Origin: Bacteroidales bacterium
GTDB lineage: Bacteria > Bacteroidota > Bacteroidia > Bacteroidales > UBA932
Length of the DNA stretch: 64,000 nt
Reading direction: 5' to 3'
Assembly: GCA_016281315.1 (NCBI GenBank)
Contig: JAEEIJ010000073.1
Coordinates: 8,651-72,650 of the forward strand
Shown: piece after piece, positions 1 through 9,386 of the stretch
Numbering within the stretch: the first letter of the stretch is position 1
Layout of the letters: every line of letters starts with the position of its first letter
Program-made: the position numbers and the translations under genes
The notes under the pieces: generated by a model
The model's database searches: none
What the model was told of the DNA's origin: nothing
What the model saw: the letters and a program-made list of their open reading frames with translations, nothing else

Positions 1-468
1 CCAGTCCGGGTCGAACTTGGGTTCCAGGTAAGCGGTGACGCCCGAAAGCATTGCGTTGTACTCCAGGTGGGCCGTGGAGGAGTTGCCGGTCTGTGCCTGC
101 CCGGTATAACTGCGGGCATTGAAGGCCGCGGCATCGGTATACTTCCCGGGATAGATGATGGAATAAGGGCTGCTGCCGGGAGCCGTGCCGTCGAATTCGG
201 CTTCGTGGGCCGAGATGATGTTGGTCACGGAGAATTCCTCGCCGTTGACGGAAAGTTTGTCGGTGCTCTCCCAGGCGAGGTTCATCGCCTTCCTGTCGGA
301 GGCCTCGCTCATAGAGACCTTCCCGAGCATTTCTTCGGATGTAGATACCTTGATGGTGACCCGTTCACCGGCCTGTTGTGCGGGAGTCAGATAACCCTCT
401 TTTTCCTTTGCGCAGGAAATGACCAAAACAGCGGCCGTGGCAAAACAAATGTATTTAATCGTTTTCAT
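1..468 (-). CDS. Lipoprotein, fimbrillin-like N-terminus (partial, runs off window start)
   Basis: Manually translated open frame from ATG at 468: MKTIKYICFATAAVLVISC-AKEKE... It has a lipobox Cys, then ...LAWESTDKLSVNG.... Not in the ORF track because it is truncated. Confidence 0.7.
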   Translation of the reverse strand, partial: MKTIKYICFATAAVLVISCAKEKEGYLTPAQQAGERVTIKVSTSEEMLGKVSMSEASDRKAMNLAWESTDKLSVNGEEFSVTNIISAHEAEFDGTAPGSSPYSIIYPGKYTDAAAFNARSYTGQAQTGNSSTAHLEYNAMLSGVTAYLEPKFDPDW

Positions 469-481
469 TGCTATCTCCTGT

Positions 482-625
482 TTAAAGAATTGAAACAAAA
501 TCAAAATCCAGCGTCTCCTCGAAGACCTGGTGGTCTTCCATATTTTGTACACCGGAGTATAACACTACACCCTCGAGGGCGTATTTCACTGCCGTGGCAG
601 TGGGCGACTCATATAGTTTTTTCAT
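482..625 (-). CDS. 47-aa micro-peptide (YxSP...EGV motif), paralog of 636..824
   Basis: Manual translation MKKLYESPTATAVKYALEGVVLYSGVQNMEDHQVFEETLDFDFVSIL*. Fills the operon gap and is similar to the adjacent ORF. Confidence 0.7.
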   Translation of the reverse strand: MKKLYESPTATAVKYALEGVVLYSGVQNMEDHQVFEETLDFDFVSIL

Positions 626-635
626 AGCTTTTTAT

Positions 636-824
636 TCAGCAAATGTGATGTTTGTCGTATTGCAGGTAGCGGCCGCAGTTGGCACCACGCTGGCCGGCGA
701 ACTGGAAGTAGTTCTCTGCCGTGAGGGCAACTTTGTTGCTGTCCGATGTCCCGAAATAGAGGATTACGCCCTCAAAGGCGTAATCCACGGCGGTGACGGC
801 GGGGGATATATATTGCTGATTCAT
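636..824 (-). CDS. 62-aa micro-peptide (YxSP...EGV motif)
   Basis: MNQQYISPAVTAVDYAFEGVILYFG...; shares Y.SP..TAV.YA.EGV.LY.G with 482..625 and starts 5 nt after the upstream stop. Confidence 0.65.
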   Translation of the reverse strand: MNQQYISPAVTAVDYAFEGVILYFGTSDSNKVALTAENYFQFAGQRGANCGRYLQYDKHHIC

Positions 825-829
825 AGGTT

Positions 830-3800
830 CTAATTTTGGGGTGCCGTATAGGTGAGGTTCTTGATTTTGCTCTTGTTAGCATCGGTATAGTGGCCGATGT
901 ACCTGTCGTCGATGAAGTTCTCGGAGGTGACCTCATACCACGTATGGTTGCCGTCGGCATCGTACTTGCCCACGTTGCCGCTCACGGCGACTCCGCTCAC
1001 TTCGCTGAACTTGGAGAAGTTTGCTACCAGCAGGCCGCGGAAAGTACGGCCCTGGCTGTCGGTCGCATAGGCGCTGAGGATGCTGCCGTTGTTGGCGCCG
1101 CCCTTGATGAAGGTGGTGTCATCATTCAGGAGCGCGACAAATCCGGCACTGGTGCAGTTGGTCTTCGTGGTGGTGACGTCACCGTTGTTCGTGCAGTCGG
1201 TGATGCCGCCGTTCCCGCCCAGGATACAGGTGATGTTGCCGATGCGGCCGTTATTCATGGTGCTAATCTGGTCGGCATTATTGGTGCAGCGGACGATGAG
1301 GGTACCATAGTTGGCGGCGGCAACGATGCCGGAGCTGCGGCCGATATTGGCCGTGATGCTGCCGCTGTTGGTGCAGTCCTCCAGATGGACGTGGGACGCA
1401 TCCTTGCTCACATTGGTGGTCAGGCCTGCGATACCGCCATAATGGCAGCTGTTGGCGTTGTTGAGGGTGTTGGACCCGCCGTCGGCCGTGACGGTGAGCG
1501 TGACCTCGCAGTTCTTGATGGTGGCTTCCGTCTGATCATTGGCCAACTGGCTGATGACGAAGCCCGCGATGCCGCCCACGGTGAAACGGGAGCCGCTGTC
1601 GGTGGAGCCTTTGATGTCAAGCTTTCCGCTCACGGAGACATTGTCCACGGTGGCGTTCTTCAGGGTGCCTGCCACAATGCCGGCATCGGCCAGACCGGAG
1701 GCTTGGAGCGTAATGTCCACGCCCGTCAATTTCAGATCCTTGATGGTCGCGTCCAGCACATAGCCGAAGAGGCCCCAGGTTTGATTGGCCTGGACGACCT
1801 TGTTGGCCTTGAACCCGCTGAGGGTATGGTTCGCGCCGTCGAAGGTACCCGTGAAGACGGGACCGGACGGGGTGGAGGCTGTAAGGGTGTTGCCGGTAGA
1901 AGTGACGTTGCCGATAGGCGTCCAGTCACTCACGGAGGACAGGTCGATATCCGCCGTGAGGCTGACGTTGGCCTTCTGGGCGGCTTCGTCGCCGGAATTC
2001 ACGCGGGTGGCGAAGGCCACCAGTTCGGCGGCGGTGCCGATGGAGATGTTCTCAATGTCGCCGGGATCCACGGGCTCTTCCTTGCCTTCGCCTTCCATAT
2101 CGGTGACCTCATAGGGCTTGGCGATGGCCAGGCGGGCGGCGTGCAGGGCTACCGGAGCACGTTTTGCCGTGACGGCGGTGGTCCAGCTGTCTCCGCTGAA
2201 GGAATCCACGGAAGGACCGCAGACAATGTCGTCCGGCAAGGCGCCTTTGGCCGCGGCCAGCAGCGTTTCGTAAACCGTGCAGGCGGCCCCGAAGCGGGCA
2301 ATGCCGTAGTCCATGTGATAACCGTCGCGGGTGAGGCCGTTGGCGTTGTTCAGGCCACTGGTACGCAGGTTCTGCAGCATGGCGCCGGTGGAGATGACTC
2401 CGTCGAAGCCTGCGCCTTCCACGATGGCCTTTCCCACTGCGCTGATGACCGTCCACATTTCGTCCGTGTTGGTGAAGTTCTTATCCACGCTCTGGGCCTT
2501 GGACAGGTTATGGTAGGCCTGGGAGAGGATGTAATAGAGTTTCGGTGCGGCGCCGTTAGCCGTCTGGGCGGCTTTCACTTTATCAACCAGGTCCTTCACG
2601 GCCTGGACTTCCGCTGCTTTGTCGCCATCTGTTTTACCCCAGGCGATTTCCCTGCCGGTGTGCTCCTGGATGGTGACAAAGTCCCATTTGCCCGTAGCGG
2701 CCACGGTGGCGAGGCTCTTTCCGCTCAAGTCGGTCCAGCCGGTCTGGCCGGGATTGCAGACATAGCAGTGATAGTCGGTGGCGCTGCTCCATCCGCTCAC
2801 GTATTCCGGGACGGTGCGTCCGCCATAATACATATGCACCAGCTGGACGTCCGTGATGCCCTTTTCGTGCAGCAGGTTGGGCAGCAGCTCAACGGCGTCC
2901 TTGGTGAAGCTGTTGCCGATGAAGAAGATACGCAGGCCGGCTTCGATATCCAGCTCCGGATCCGGGTTGACGGGCGTTTCGCCGGTTGCGATGTCATACA
3001 CAATATCGGAGGCGTTGATGGCGCCGCTGCCGCCCACAGGGCCCAGATACTTCTCTTTCTGAGCATCTTCGTAGAGGTCATAGATATAGGTTCCGCCGTT
3101 ATATTTTCCTACCTTGCCGGAGGCTTTGCCGCCGGTCCAGGTGGTGGCGGTGTTGATATAACCGAAGAACACGCCGCGGAACTGGCTGTCGGAGATGATT
3201 TCCCCGTAGTTCTCGTTATTGCTGTAGATGCCGGGATTGGCCAGGGAGACAATGCCTCCCACGCGTCCGCTGCGGGTGGAAATCAGGTTTCCGTAGTTCT
3301 TGCAGGAGGTGATGGTGGACCCGTTGTTGGTGAAGCAAACGATATTGCCCAGCCGTCCTCCGTCGTCCTTGGGCATGGTATTCAGCTGGTTGCCCCGGTT
3401 CTCGCAGAGCGTAATGAGGGTCTTGGCGTTCGCCGCGCCCACGATGCCGGCGGTACGGCCGGCCTGGGATTCCATATCTCCGTAGTTGTTGCAGGAGGAG
3501 ACGGTGATGGTCTTTTCCCCGTCGATCTTGGCGTTGCAGAAACCAACGATGCCTGCCACGTGGATACCGGTGGCACCGGCGTTCAGGTTGGCGGTATTGG
3601 TGGCCGTCATCTTGCCGTTGTTGTGCACGCTGTCCACGGTGCAGTCCTCTTCACCCGCATAGATGCCGCCGATGAGGGCAATATGCATCAGGCCGCTGGC
3701 GCCGCCGTTATAGGTCATGGGCGCACTGCTGGTGATGTCACGGACGGAAGCATCGCAGACCAGACCCGCAATGACACCGGCGCTGTGGGAGGCGGAGGAG

Positions 3801-4297
3801 CTTACCGTGAGGGAACAATTGTCATCGATGACAAAGTTCTGCACGATGGCGCCTTTACCTAAATAGCCGAAGATGCCGAAATGCTTCCCTTCGACGGTAC
3901 CGTTGTCCACCAGGACCAGGTTCTTGATGTGGTGCGCGTTGCCCTCGAACTTGCCCGTGAAGGCATGGCCCTCAGTGACGACGGGATTGTAGCTGCTGCC
4001 CCAGGGAGCGACGGCGTTGCCCACGGGCGTCCAGGTTTCCACCCCTGTGAAGTCAAGGTCGGCCCTCAGGTTCACCCAGCCTTCTTCGTTCTCCCATGCT
4101 TCGGTGGATTCTCCGGCGTTCACGGCTGCGGCAAAAGCCAGGAAATCTTCCACCGTGTAGATACCGGGAGCATCCGGCTCAGGTTCGGGATCCACGGGGC
4201 CGGGCCCCGGGTCCGGTGCAGGCGGATTCGGTTCCCCCTTACATCCTGCCAATACAAAAGCCGTAGCGGCTAACAATAAAAGAAGTGTTTTTTTCAT
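830..4297 (-). CDS. Large surface lipoprotein: GLUG-like beta-repeat domain + DUF4886/SGNH-hydrolase-like domain + second GLUG-like domain
   Basis: Lipobox LAGC, Pro-rich linker, FTGxFxGxxHxI and GGIxG repeats, central FIGNSF...QEH...RDGYH SGNH-type motifs. Confidence 0.8.
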   Translation of the reverse strand: MKKTLLLLLAATAFVLAGCKGEPNPPAPDPGPGPVDPEPEPDAPGIYTVEDFLAFAAAVNAGESTEAWENEEGWVNLRADLDFTGVETWTPVGNAVAPWGSSYNPVVTEGHAFTGKFEGNAHHIKNLVLVDNGTVEGKHFGIFGYLGKGAIVQNFVIDDNCSLTVSSSASHSAGVIAGLVCDASVRDITSSAPMTYNGGASGLMHIALIGGIYAGEEDCTVDSVHNNGKMTATNTANLNAGATGIHVAGIVGFCNAKIDGEKTITVSSCNNYGDMESQAGRTAGIVGAANAKTLITLCENRGNQLNTMPKDDGGRLGNIVCFTNNGSTITSCKNYGNLISTRSGRVGGIVSLANPGIYSNNENYGEIISDSQFRGVFFGYINTATTWTGGKASGKVGKYNGGTYIYDLYEDAQKEKYLGPVGGSGAINASDIVYDIATGETPVNPDPELDIEAGLRIFFIGNSFTKDAVELLPNLLHEKGITDVQLVHMYYGGRTVPEYVSGWSSATDYHCYVCNPGQTGWTDLSGKSLATVAATGKWDFVTIQEHTGREIAWGKTDGDKAAEVQAVKDLVDKVKAAQTANGAAPKLYYILSQAYHNLSKAQSVDKNFTNTDEMWTVISAVGKAIVEGAGFDGVISTGAMLQNLRTSGLNNANGLTRDGYHMDYGIARFGAACTVYETLLAAAKGALPDDIVCGPSVDSFSGDSWTTAVTAKRAPVALHAARLAIAKPYEVTDMEGEGKEEPVDPGDIENISIGTAAELVAFATRVNSGDEAAQKANVSLTADIDLSSVSDWTPIGNVTSTGNTLTASTPSGPVFTGTFDGANHTLSGFKANKVVQANQTWGLFGYVLDATIKDLKLTGVDITLQASGLADAGIVAGTLKNATVDNVSVSGKLDIKGSTDSGSRFTVGGIAGFVISQLANDQTEATIKNCEVTLTVTADGGSNTLNNANSCHYGGIAGLTTNVSKDASHVHLEDCTNSGSITANIGRSSGIVAAANYGTLIVRCTNNADQISTMNNGRIGNITCILGGNGGITDCTNNGDVTTTKTNCTSAGFVALLNDDTTFIKGGANNGSILSAYATDSQGRTFRGLLVANFSKFSEVSGVAVSGNVGKYDADGNHTWYEVTSENFIDDRYIGHYTDANKSKIKNLTYTAPQN

Positions 4298-4301
4298 ATG
4301 G

Positions 4302-5264
4302 TTAAAGTTTTATCGTAAGCGTAATGGGGTAGTGATCCGACGGGTGGCAGAAATTGTGGATCTCCTTTTCCCGCGAATCCCGCTCGGAGGCGGCAAAACC
4401 GTCGTAGAGCGGTTGCACGTGGGTAATTTTCTCGTTTAAAGCCGGTGTCACATACATCAGGTCTATGCGGCGTCCGGACAGGGTGCTCTTCTTGAATTCA
4501 CCCGGAAAGCGTTCGTGGACCAGGTCCAGATAAGGGGTGTTCCCAAGTACATAGTCGTGCACCAGGAATTCCGGGCTGTCCAGGGGCTTTCCGTAGTGGA
4601 AGTTGTCTACGGAGGAGATGGCGTTGAAATCCCCGGTCATCAGCCATAGCTGTTTGTCCGCGCCGGGAACCGTTCCAATGGTCTGCTCGCAGATATAGCG
4701 AATTTCCGTAGCGCGGAAGCGGTCTCCGTCGTGATTCTGGGCGCTCTCTTTCTGATTGTCGGCTTTATAGCCGTAGGCGAAAGGCCAGGTGTGCAGGGTG
4801 ACCACATTCAGTTCCCGGCCTCTTCCTAAATCTATTTTGGCCCATCCGGCTCCGTGTACCACGATGATGTCTTCACCGTCTCCCGTCAGGCGTTTTTCAA
4901 TGCGGATGGGATACTTCGACGTGATTACCTGCGGGAAGGTGTCCCTCTTCCCGCAGACGAGTACGTACTGGTGGCCGTAACGCCGGGCCAGCAGGTCCCA
5001 GTTCCAGGGGAGGTACTGCTCTTCCGGCATCTTCATCTTGACGGCCGTGTCCGTGAGATAGCGCGATTCGGCTTCACACCAGATACAGATGTCCGGGGCC
5101 TGTTCCTGCACAAAGGCTACGAAGTTGTCATAGTTGTTCCCCTGGTCGTGCCACATCCCGTTCTGGATGTTCCAGTAAAGGATTTTTACCTCTTTCCCTT
5201 TTCCGCACGCAATGGTGCAGAAAAGGGAAAGAAGCAAAGAAACAATAAAGAAGACTTTTCTCAT
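4302..5264 (-). CDS. Endonuclease/exonuclease/phosphatase (EEP) family lipoprotein
   Basis: Start re-called at MRKVFFIV (5264); motifs WNI, CEAE, TGDFN, RIDLMY, PSDHYP. Confidence 0.88.
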   Translation of the reverse strand: MRKVFFIVSLLLSLFCTIACGKGKEVKILYWNIQNGMWHDQGNNYDNFVAFVQEQAPDICIWCEAESRYLTDTAVKMKMPEEQYLPWNWDLLARRYGHQYVLVCGKRDTFPQVITSKYPIRIEKRLTGDGEDIIVVHGAGWAKIDLGRGRELNVVTLHTWPFAYGYKADNQKESAQNHDGDRFRATEIRYICEQTIGTVPGADKQLWLMTGDFNAISSVDNFHYGKPLDSPEFLVHDYVLGNTPYLDLVHERFPGEFKKSTLSGRRIDLMYVTPALNEKITHVQPLYDGFAASERDSREKEIHNFCHPSDHYPITLTIKL

Positions 5265-5266
5265 AC

Positions 5267-6943
5267 CTAAGGTGCAGTAGTAGGAGCTACGTAGGTGAGA
5301 TTCTTGATTTTGGCCTTGGCGGCATCGTCTTTCCAGTAGCCGATATATTTGCCCTCGATAAAGTTGTCGGCGTTCACGTCCAGCCACTGCGGAGTACCGC
5401 CGGCCACGTATTTGCCCACACGGCCGCTGACGGTTACGCCGGAGACTTCTGCGAACTTGGAGAAGTTCGCGACCAGAAGGCCACGGAAATCACGTCCGCT
5501 GCCGTCGGTGACGAAAGCGCTGATGATGTCGCCGTTGTTGGCGCCGCCCTTAATGAAGCAGCCGTCGTCGTTCAGCAGGGCCACAAAGCCGCCGCTCTGG
5601 CAGTTGCTCTCCGTAGTGGTGATGGAGCCGTTGTTCACGCAGTCGGTTATGCCGCCGTTCCCGCCCAGGATGCAGGTGATGTTGGCGATACGGCCGCCGC
5701 TTCCGCCGGAGAAGGTGTTCAGCTGGTCCATGTTGTTGGTGCAGCCCTCGATGAGGGTGGCGTAGTTGGCGGCAGCTACAATGCCGGAGCTCCTGCCAAA
5801 GTTGGAGGTGATGTTGCCGCCAGCCGTGCAGGATTCAATCTTGACGAGCGAGATGTCCTTGTTTACATTGGTGGAGAAACCTGCAATGCCGCCAAAGTGG
5901 CAGCCGGTGGCGCCGTTCCCGGTATTTCCGTTTCTGTCTCCGGTGACCGTAAGAGTTACGGTGCAGCCCTTCACCAGCGTATTCACCGTAGCTTCGGACT
6001 GGTCTTCCTTCTTTTCGCTCACGAGGAAGCCGGCAACGCCGCCCACGGCGAAGCGGGTGGCGGCACTACCGCCCTTGAGGGCCAGTTTCCCGCTCACGGT
6101 AACATTCTCGATGGTGCTGTTCTTCAGCGTACCCACTACGATGCCTGCATCGGCTACGTCGGAGGCGTTCAGCGTAATGTCCACGCCGGTGAGCTTGAGG
6201 TTCTTGACGGTGCCGTCCAGCACATAGCCGAACAGACCCCAGGTCTTGTTCTTTTCCATGGTCTGGACCGCCTTGAAATTGCTAATGGTGTGGTTGCCGC
6301 CATTGAAGATGCCGGTGAAGTATTCGCCGGTGGGGGTGGAGGCGTTGGTCCCGTTGCCGGTGGTGGCAGCATCGCCGATGGGCACCCAGTCGTCAAAGTC
6401 GGCCAAATCCAGGTCCGTCAGGAGTTCGATTTCTCCGGCTTCATTGGTCCAGCGGGTGAGGCCTTCGCCGTCGTTGACAGCATTGATAAAGTCCTTGAAT
6501 TCATCCATGTCCGGAATACCGCCGATGCTGGCCGAAGGGTCGATGACAGCCTCGTGACCCAGCTGGCTCACGGTAACGGTGACGGAATTATGACCGCCGG
6601 AGATTTTTACCTCACCGGAACGGGGGTTGGTGGTTTTGGACTCACCCTTGTAGTTCGAAGCGATCTGGAGGGTGAGGATGGTGCTCTTTCCGCCGCCCAC
6701 GCCCTGGGTCATGTCCGGGGTAATCCAGTCCACCGAAGTGGTGACAATCCAATAGGGCGCATCGGTGGTGATGACCACTACTTCGTCGCCGGGATTGTTG
6801 GCCGCTACGTCGCGGATAACTTCCCGGTCCACGGAGAGGGGATAGACGGTTTCGTCCAGGCCGGGAATCTTCTTGTTCTGGCAGCCGGAGAGCAACAGGG
6901 CCGCCAGGGCTGCGAAAGTGGTTATTCTCAAAAGTGTTTTCAT
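5267..6943 (-). CDS. Lipoprotein with BACON domain and GLUG-like beta-repeat domain
   Basis: Lipobox LSGC; W..TTSVDWI...RSGEV...VTVSQ BACON pattern; C-terminal part homologous to the C-terminal domain of 830..4297. Confidence 0.8.
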   Translation of the reverse strand: MKTLLRITTFAALAALLLSGCQNKKIPGLDETVYPLSVDREVIRDVAANNPGDEVVVITTDAPYWIVTTSVDWITPDMTQGVGGGKSTILTLQIASNYKGESKTTNPRSGEVKISGGHNSVTVTVSQLGHEAVIDPSASIGGIPDMDEFKDFINAVNDGEGLTRWTNEAGEIELLTDLDLADFDDWVPIGDAATTGNGTNASTPTGEYFTGIFNGGNHTISNFKAVQTMEKNKTWGLFGYVLDGTVKNLKLTGVDITLNASDVADAGIVVGTLKNSTIENVTVSGKLALKGGSAATRFAVGGVAGFLVSEKKEDQSEATVNTLVKGCTVTLTVTGDRNGNTGNGATGCHFGGIAGFSTNVNKDISLVKIESCTAGGNITSNFGRSSGIVAAANYATLIEGCTNNMDQLNTFSGGSGGRIANITCILGGNGGITDCVNNGSITTTESNCQSGGFVALLNDDGCFIKGGANNGDIISAFVTDGSGRDFRGLLVANFSKFAEVSGVTVSGRVGKYVAGGTPQWLDVNADNFIEGKYIGYWKDDAAKAKIKNLTYVAPTTAP

Positions 6944-6956
6944 ATTGTGTTATTGT

Positions 6957-9374
6957 TTATTTTTCTCGGATAAGGAGGTAATTCATGCAGCTGCGTTCCC
7001 CCTTGCTGTCGCAGGGTTTGTTCACCAGGCCGCCTTTCCCTTTGGATGCGTCCCAGAGCCAGATGGCCGACGATCCGCCGCCGTCCAGCCCCGTGGTCCA
7101 CCATCCGCCCAGTTTCTTGGCGATGCGGTACATCTCGTAACCTTTGACGCCAAGGGAATACCAGAGCTGACGGCCGTCGATTTCAACCAACCAGACTTTT
7201 TTCAGGTCCTGACTAACGATGGGGAAGGTTTTAGGGTCATATTTGGTGTACAGACTGGCCGATGAACCGGGCGTGTTGGAGGCGTCCTGTCCGTCGGTCA
7301 TCAGCTGATACATGGTGGACACTTGGGTGAGGATAGGTTTTGAAACGCCGTCCACGCTTATGTCGCAGCGGAATTCCACTGTGTCTCCCACCTTTACCTT
7401 TGCCTTCCAGGCCGATGCCATCTCTCCGGAGAGGGCGATACCCACCTGGTTCTTGGCGGTGAGGTAGGGAAGGGTAATGGAACCGGTCCGTCCGTCCCGA
7501 ATATCAACCACCCGGGCTGCCGCGTATCCTGCGTTTACCTCCATAGGGGTGCCGGAATACTCGCATATGACATACAGGGCGTTGGATGCCAGGTTGTTGA
7601 GGATTGCCGGCTTGGAAGAGTATGGCTGCCTGACATAGCGGGATGTATAGAGGTTGGCCTGATAGTCCGCGGAAACGTGCCGGAGGATGGTGTCGTTCAG
7701 GGAGTAGTAATTATACTCCTCCCCGGCGAGACGCATCTTTCCGCTGAACTTCTTGATGCCGCAGGAGGCCGTTCCGTCGGTGAAAACGGTGAAGCCCCAT
7801 TTGTGGTTTCCAAGGGCGTTCACCACCGCGGGGTTGTTGATGTAACCCGGCTGGCGGTCTTCCACGTGGAAGCCGCGGGTGATGCCGTCGTTGGAATCGA
7901 AGAAGCCCGCATTGAAGCCGGCCAGGATCTTCTGTCCTTCGGCCCGCCTGCGCACGCACAGTTCGGAAAGCAGTTCGCGGAGATTCTTGCCGTTGTTGTT
8001 GTTAGCGTTGCCGTTTGGATTGGGAATCATCTCACCGGCATAGGCGGCGGCAATCTCGATGCCGGGATCCGTCAGGTCCACTTCCACAACATAAATCTCC
8101 CGGGGGACGTTGATGCAGGAATAGTGGTGATAGACGGCGCCGCTGTGCAGCTGCTTGGTCTCCACCTCCGTCCAGTCATAATAGGCGTCCTGGCTCCAGT
8201 CCACGGAGTTGGCCTCAGGGTCGTAGCTTTCCTGGACATTCTTCATGGCGTTGTTCATGGCGCAGGCGACTCCGTTCACGGTGCCGGCGCCGTAATTGTC
8301 CAGGACTTTGCTCTTGGCCGAGGGCAGTCCGTAGGAACAAATCCAGCCGGGGCCGTAACTGTCCTGGAACGGACAGGAAACGTCGGCCCGGAAGGTGCAT
8401 CTGCGGATGGCCCCCGAATTGTGACCCACAAGGCCGCCGGCCTGTGCCGGCACCGTGACGGAAATGCTCCCCAGACTCTTGCAGCCATGGGTGGTTTCCA
8501 CTTCTCCGCCAATCAGGGAAGACCCGTCCGAATAACCGGCGATGCCGCCGATGATGAGGTCATTGCCCGTAGCGGCCGTTCCCTTTACGGAAAGGGTTGC
8601 GTTGTTGGTCACTTTCTGGACGGTGACGCCCAGGGCCCGGCCGATGATGCCGCCGGCCCGGACTTTCCCGGCGCCGCTGACGGTGAATTCCACCTGGTCT
8701 CCGGCGTTCCCGAAGGTGAGCTTACTGATGGTAATGCCCTGTCCGACACCCACCAGCCCTACGTTGGTATAGGAAGTGGCGTTCACCTTCCAGTTTACGT
8801 TGTAAATCTTGCGGTTGTTGCCGTCGATGCTGTAGGTGAGGGGATTGTCCACGCTTCCGATGGGAATCCAGTCCGTAATGGAGGAGGCGTCGATGTCCTT
8901 GTTGAACTTGATGACGCCGTCCACCAGATACGGGGCGATGGAACCTTCGCCCCGGACGGCCTTGGAGAGTCCCACAAGGTCCTCCGCGGATGAAATTCCG
9001 CGGTCAATGACCTCTCCGCCGCTGGCTTGCTGCGAGACGGTAACCTGAATGGATTCGCCTCCCAGGTTGGAGACCGTCAAAGTGGCTGTCCGGACGCTTT
9101 CCGTTTTGTTTTCCTCGGCTGAAACCCGGATTTGCGTTTCTGACGGAAGTCCTTTGGGCGTGAGCACCTTGAGCCAGGAGGCGGAACTGCGCACCAGCCA
9201 GTCCGTCGAGGAGGTTACGTTGAGGTTTTTCTGTTCCCCCAGCGCTACGAACTCCAGCGAACGCGGTGAGACCGACAGCGGGGTTTGATCCCCGCCGGGA
9301 GTCTCTGTCTTGCCGCCGCAGGCGCCGACAAGCGCCAGCACGCAGGCGGTCAACAATATGCCGATCCGTTTCAT
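6957..9374 (-). CDS. Lipoprotein: BACON + GLUG-like + phosphodiester glycosidase (NAGPA/DUF2233-like) domain
   Basis: Lipobox VGAC; NAGFF, IDGRQ...S.G and LDGGGSS motifs typical of NAGPA-family domains. Confidence 0.82.
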   Translation of the reverse strand: MKRIGILLTACVLALVGACGGKTETPGGDQTPLSVSPRSLEFVALGEQKNLNVTSSTDWLVRSSASWLKVLTPKGLPSETQIRVSAEENKTESVRTATLTVSNLGGESIQVTVSQQASGGEVIDRGISSAEDLVGLSKAVRGEGSIAPYLVDGVIKFNKDIDASSITDWIPIGSVDNPLTYSIDGNNRKIYNVNWKVNATSYTNVGLVGVGQGITISKLTFGNAGDQVEFTVSGAGKVRAGGIIGRALGVTVQKVTNNATLSVKGTAATGNDLIIGGIAGYSDGSSLIGGEVETTHGCKSLGSISVTVPAQAGGLVGHNSGAIRRCTFRADVSCPFQDSYGPGWICSYGLPSAKSKVLDNYGAGTVNGVACAMNNAMKNVQESYDPEANSVDWSQDAYYDWTEVETKQLHSGAVYHHYSCINVPREIYVVEVDLTDPGIEIAAAYAGEMIPNPNGNANNNNGKNLRELLSELCVRRRAEGQKILAGFNAGFFDSNDGITRGFHVEDRQPGYINNPAVVNALGNHKWGFTVFTDGTASCGIKKFSGKMRLAGEEYNYYSLNDTILRHVSADYQANLYTSRYVRQPYSSKPAILNNLASNALYVICEYSGTPMEVNAGYAAARVVDIRDGRTGSITLPYLTAKNQVGIALSGEMASAWKAKVKVGDTVEFRCDISVDGVSKPILTQVSTMYQLMTDGQDASNTPGSSASLYTKYDPKTFPIVSQDLKKVWLVEIDGRQLWYSLGVKGYEMYRIAKKLGGWWTTGLDGGGSSAIWLWDASKGKGGLVNKPCDSKGERSCMNYLLIREK

Positions 9375-9386
9375 GAATCAAGCGTT

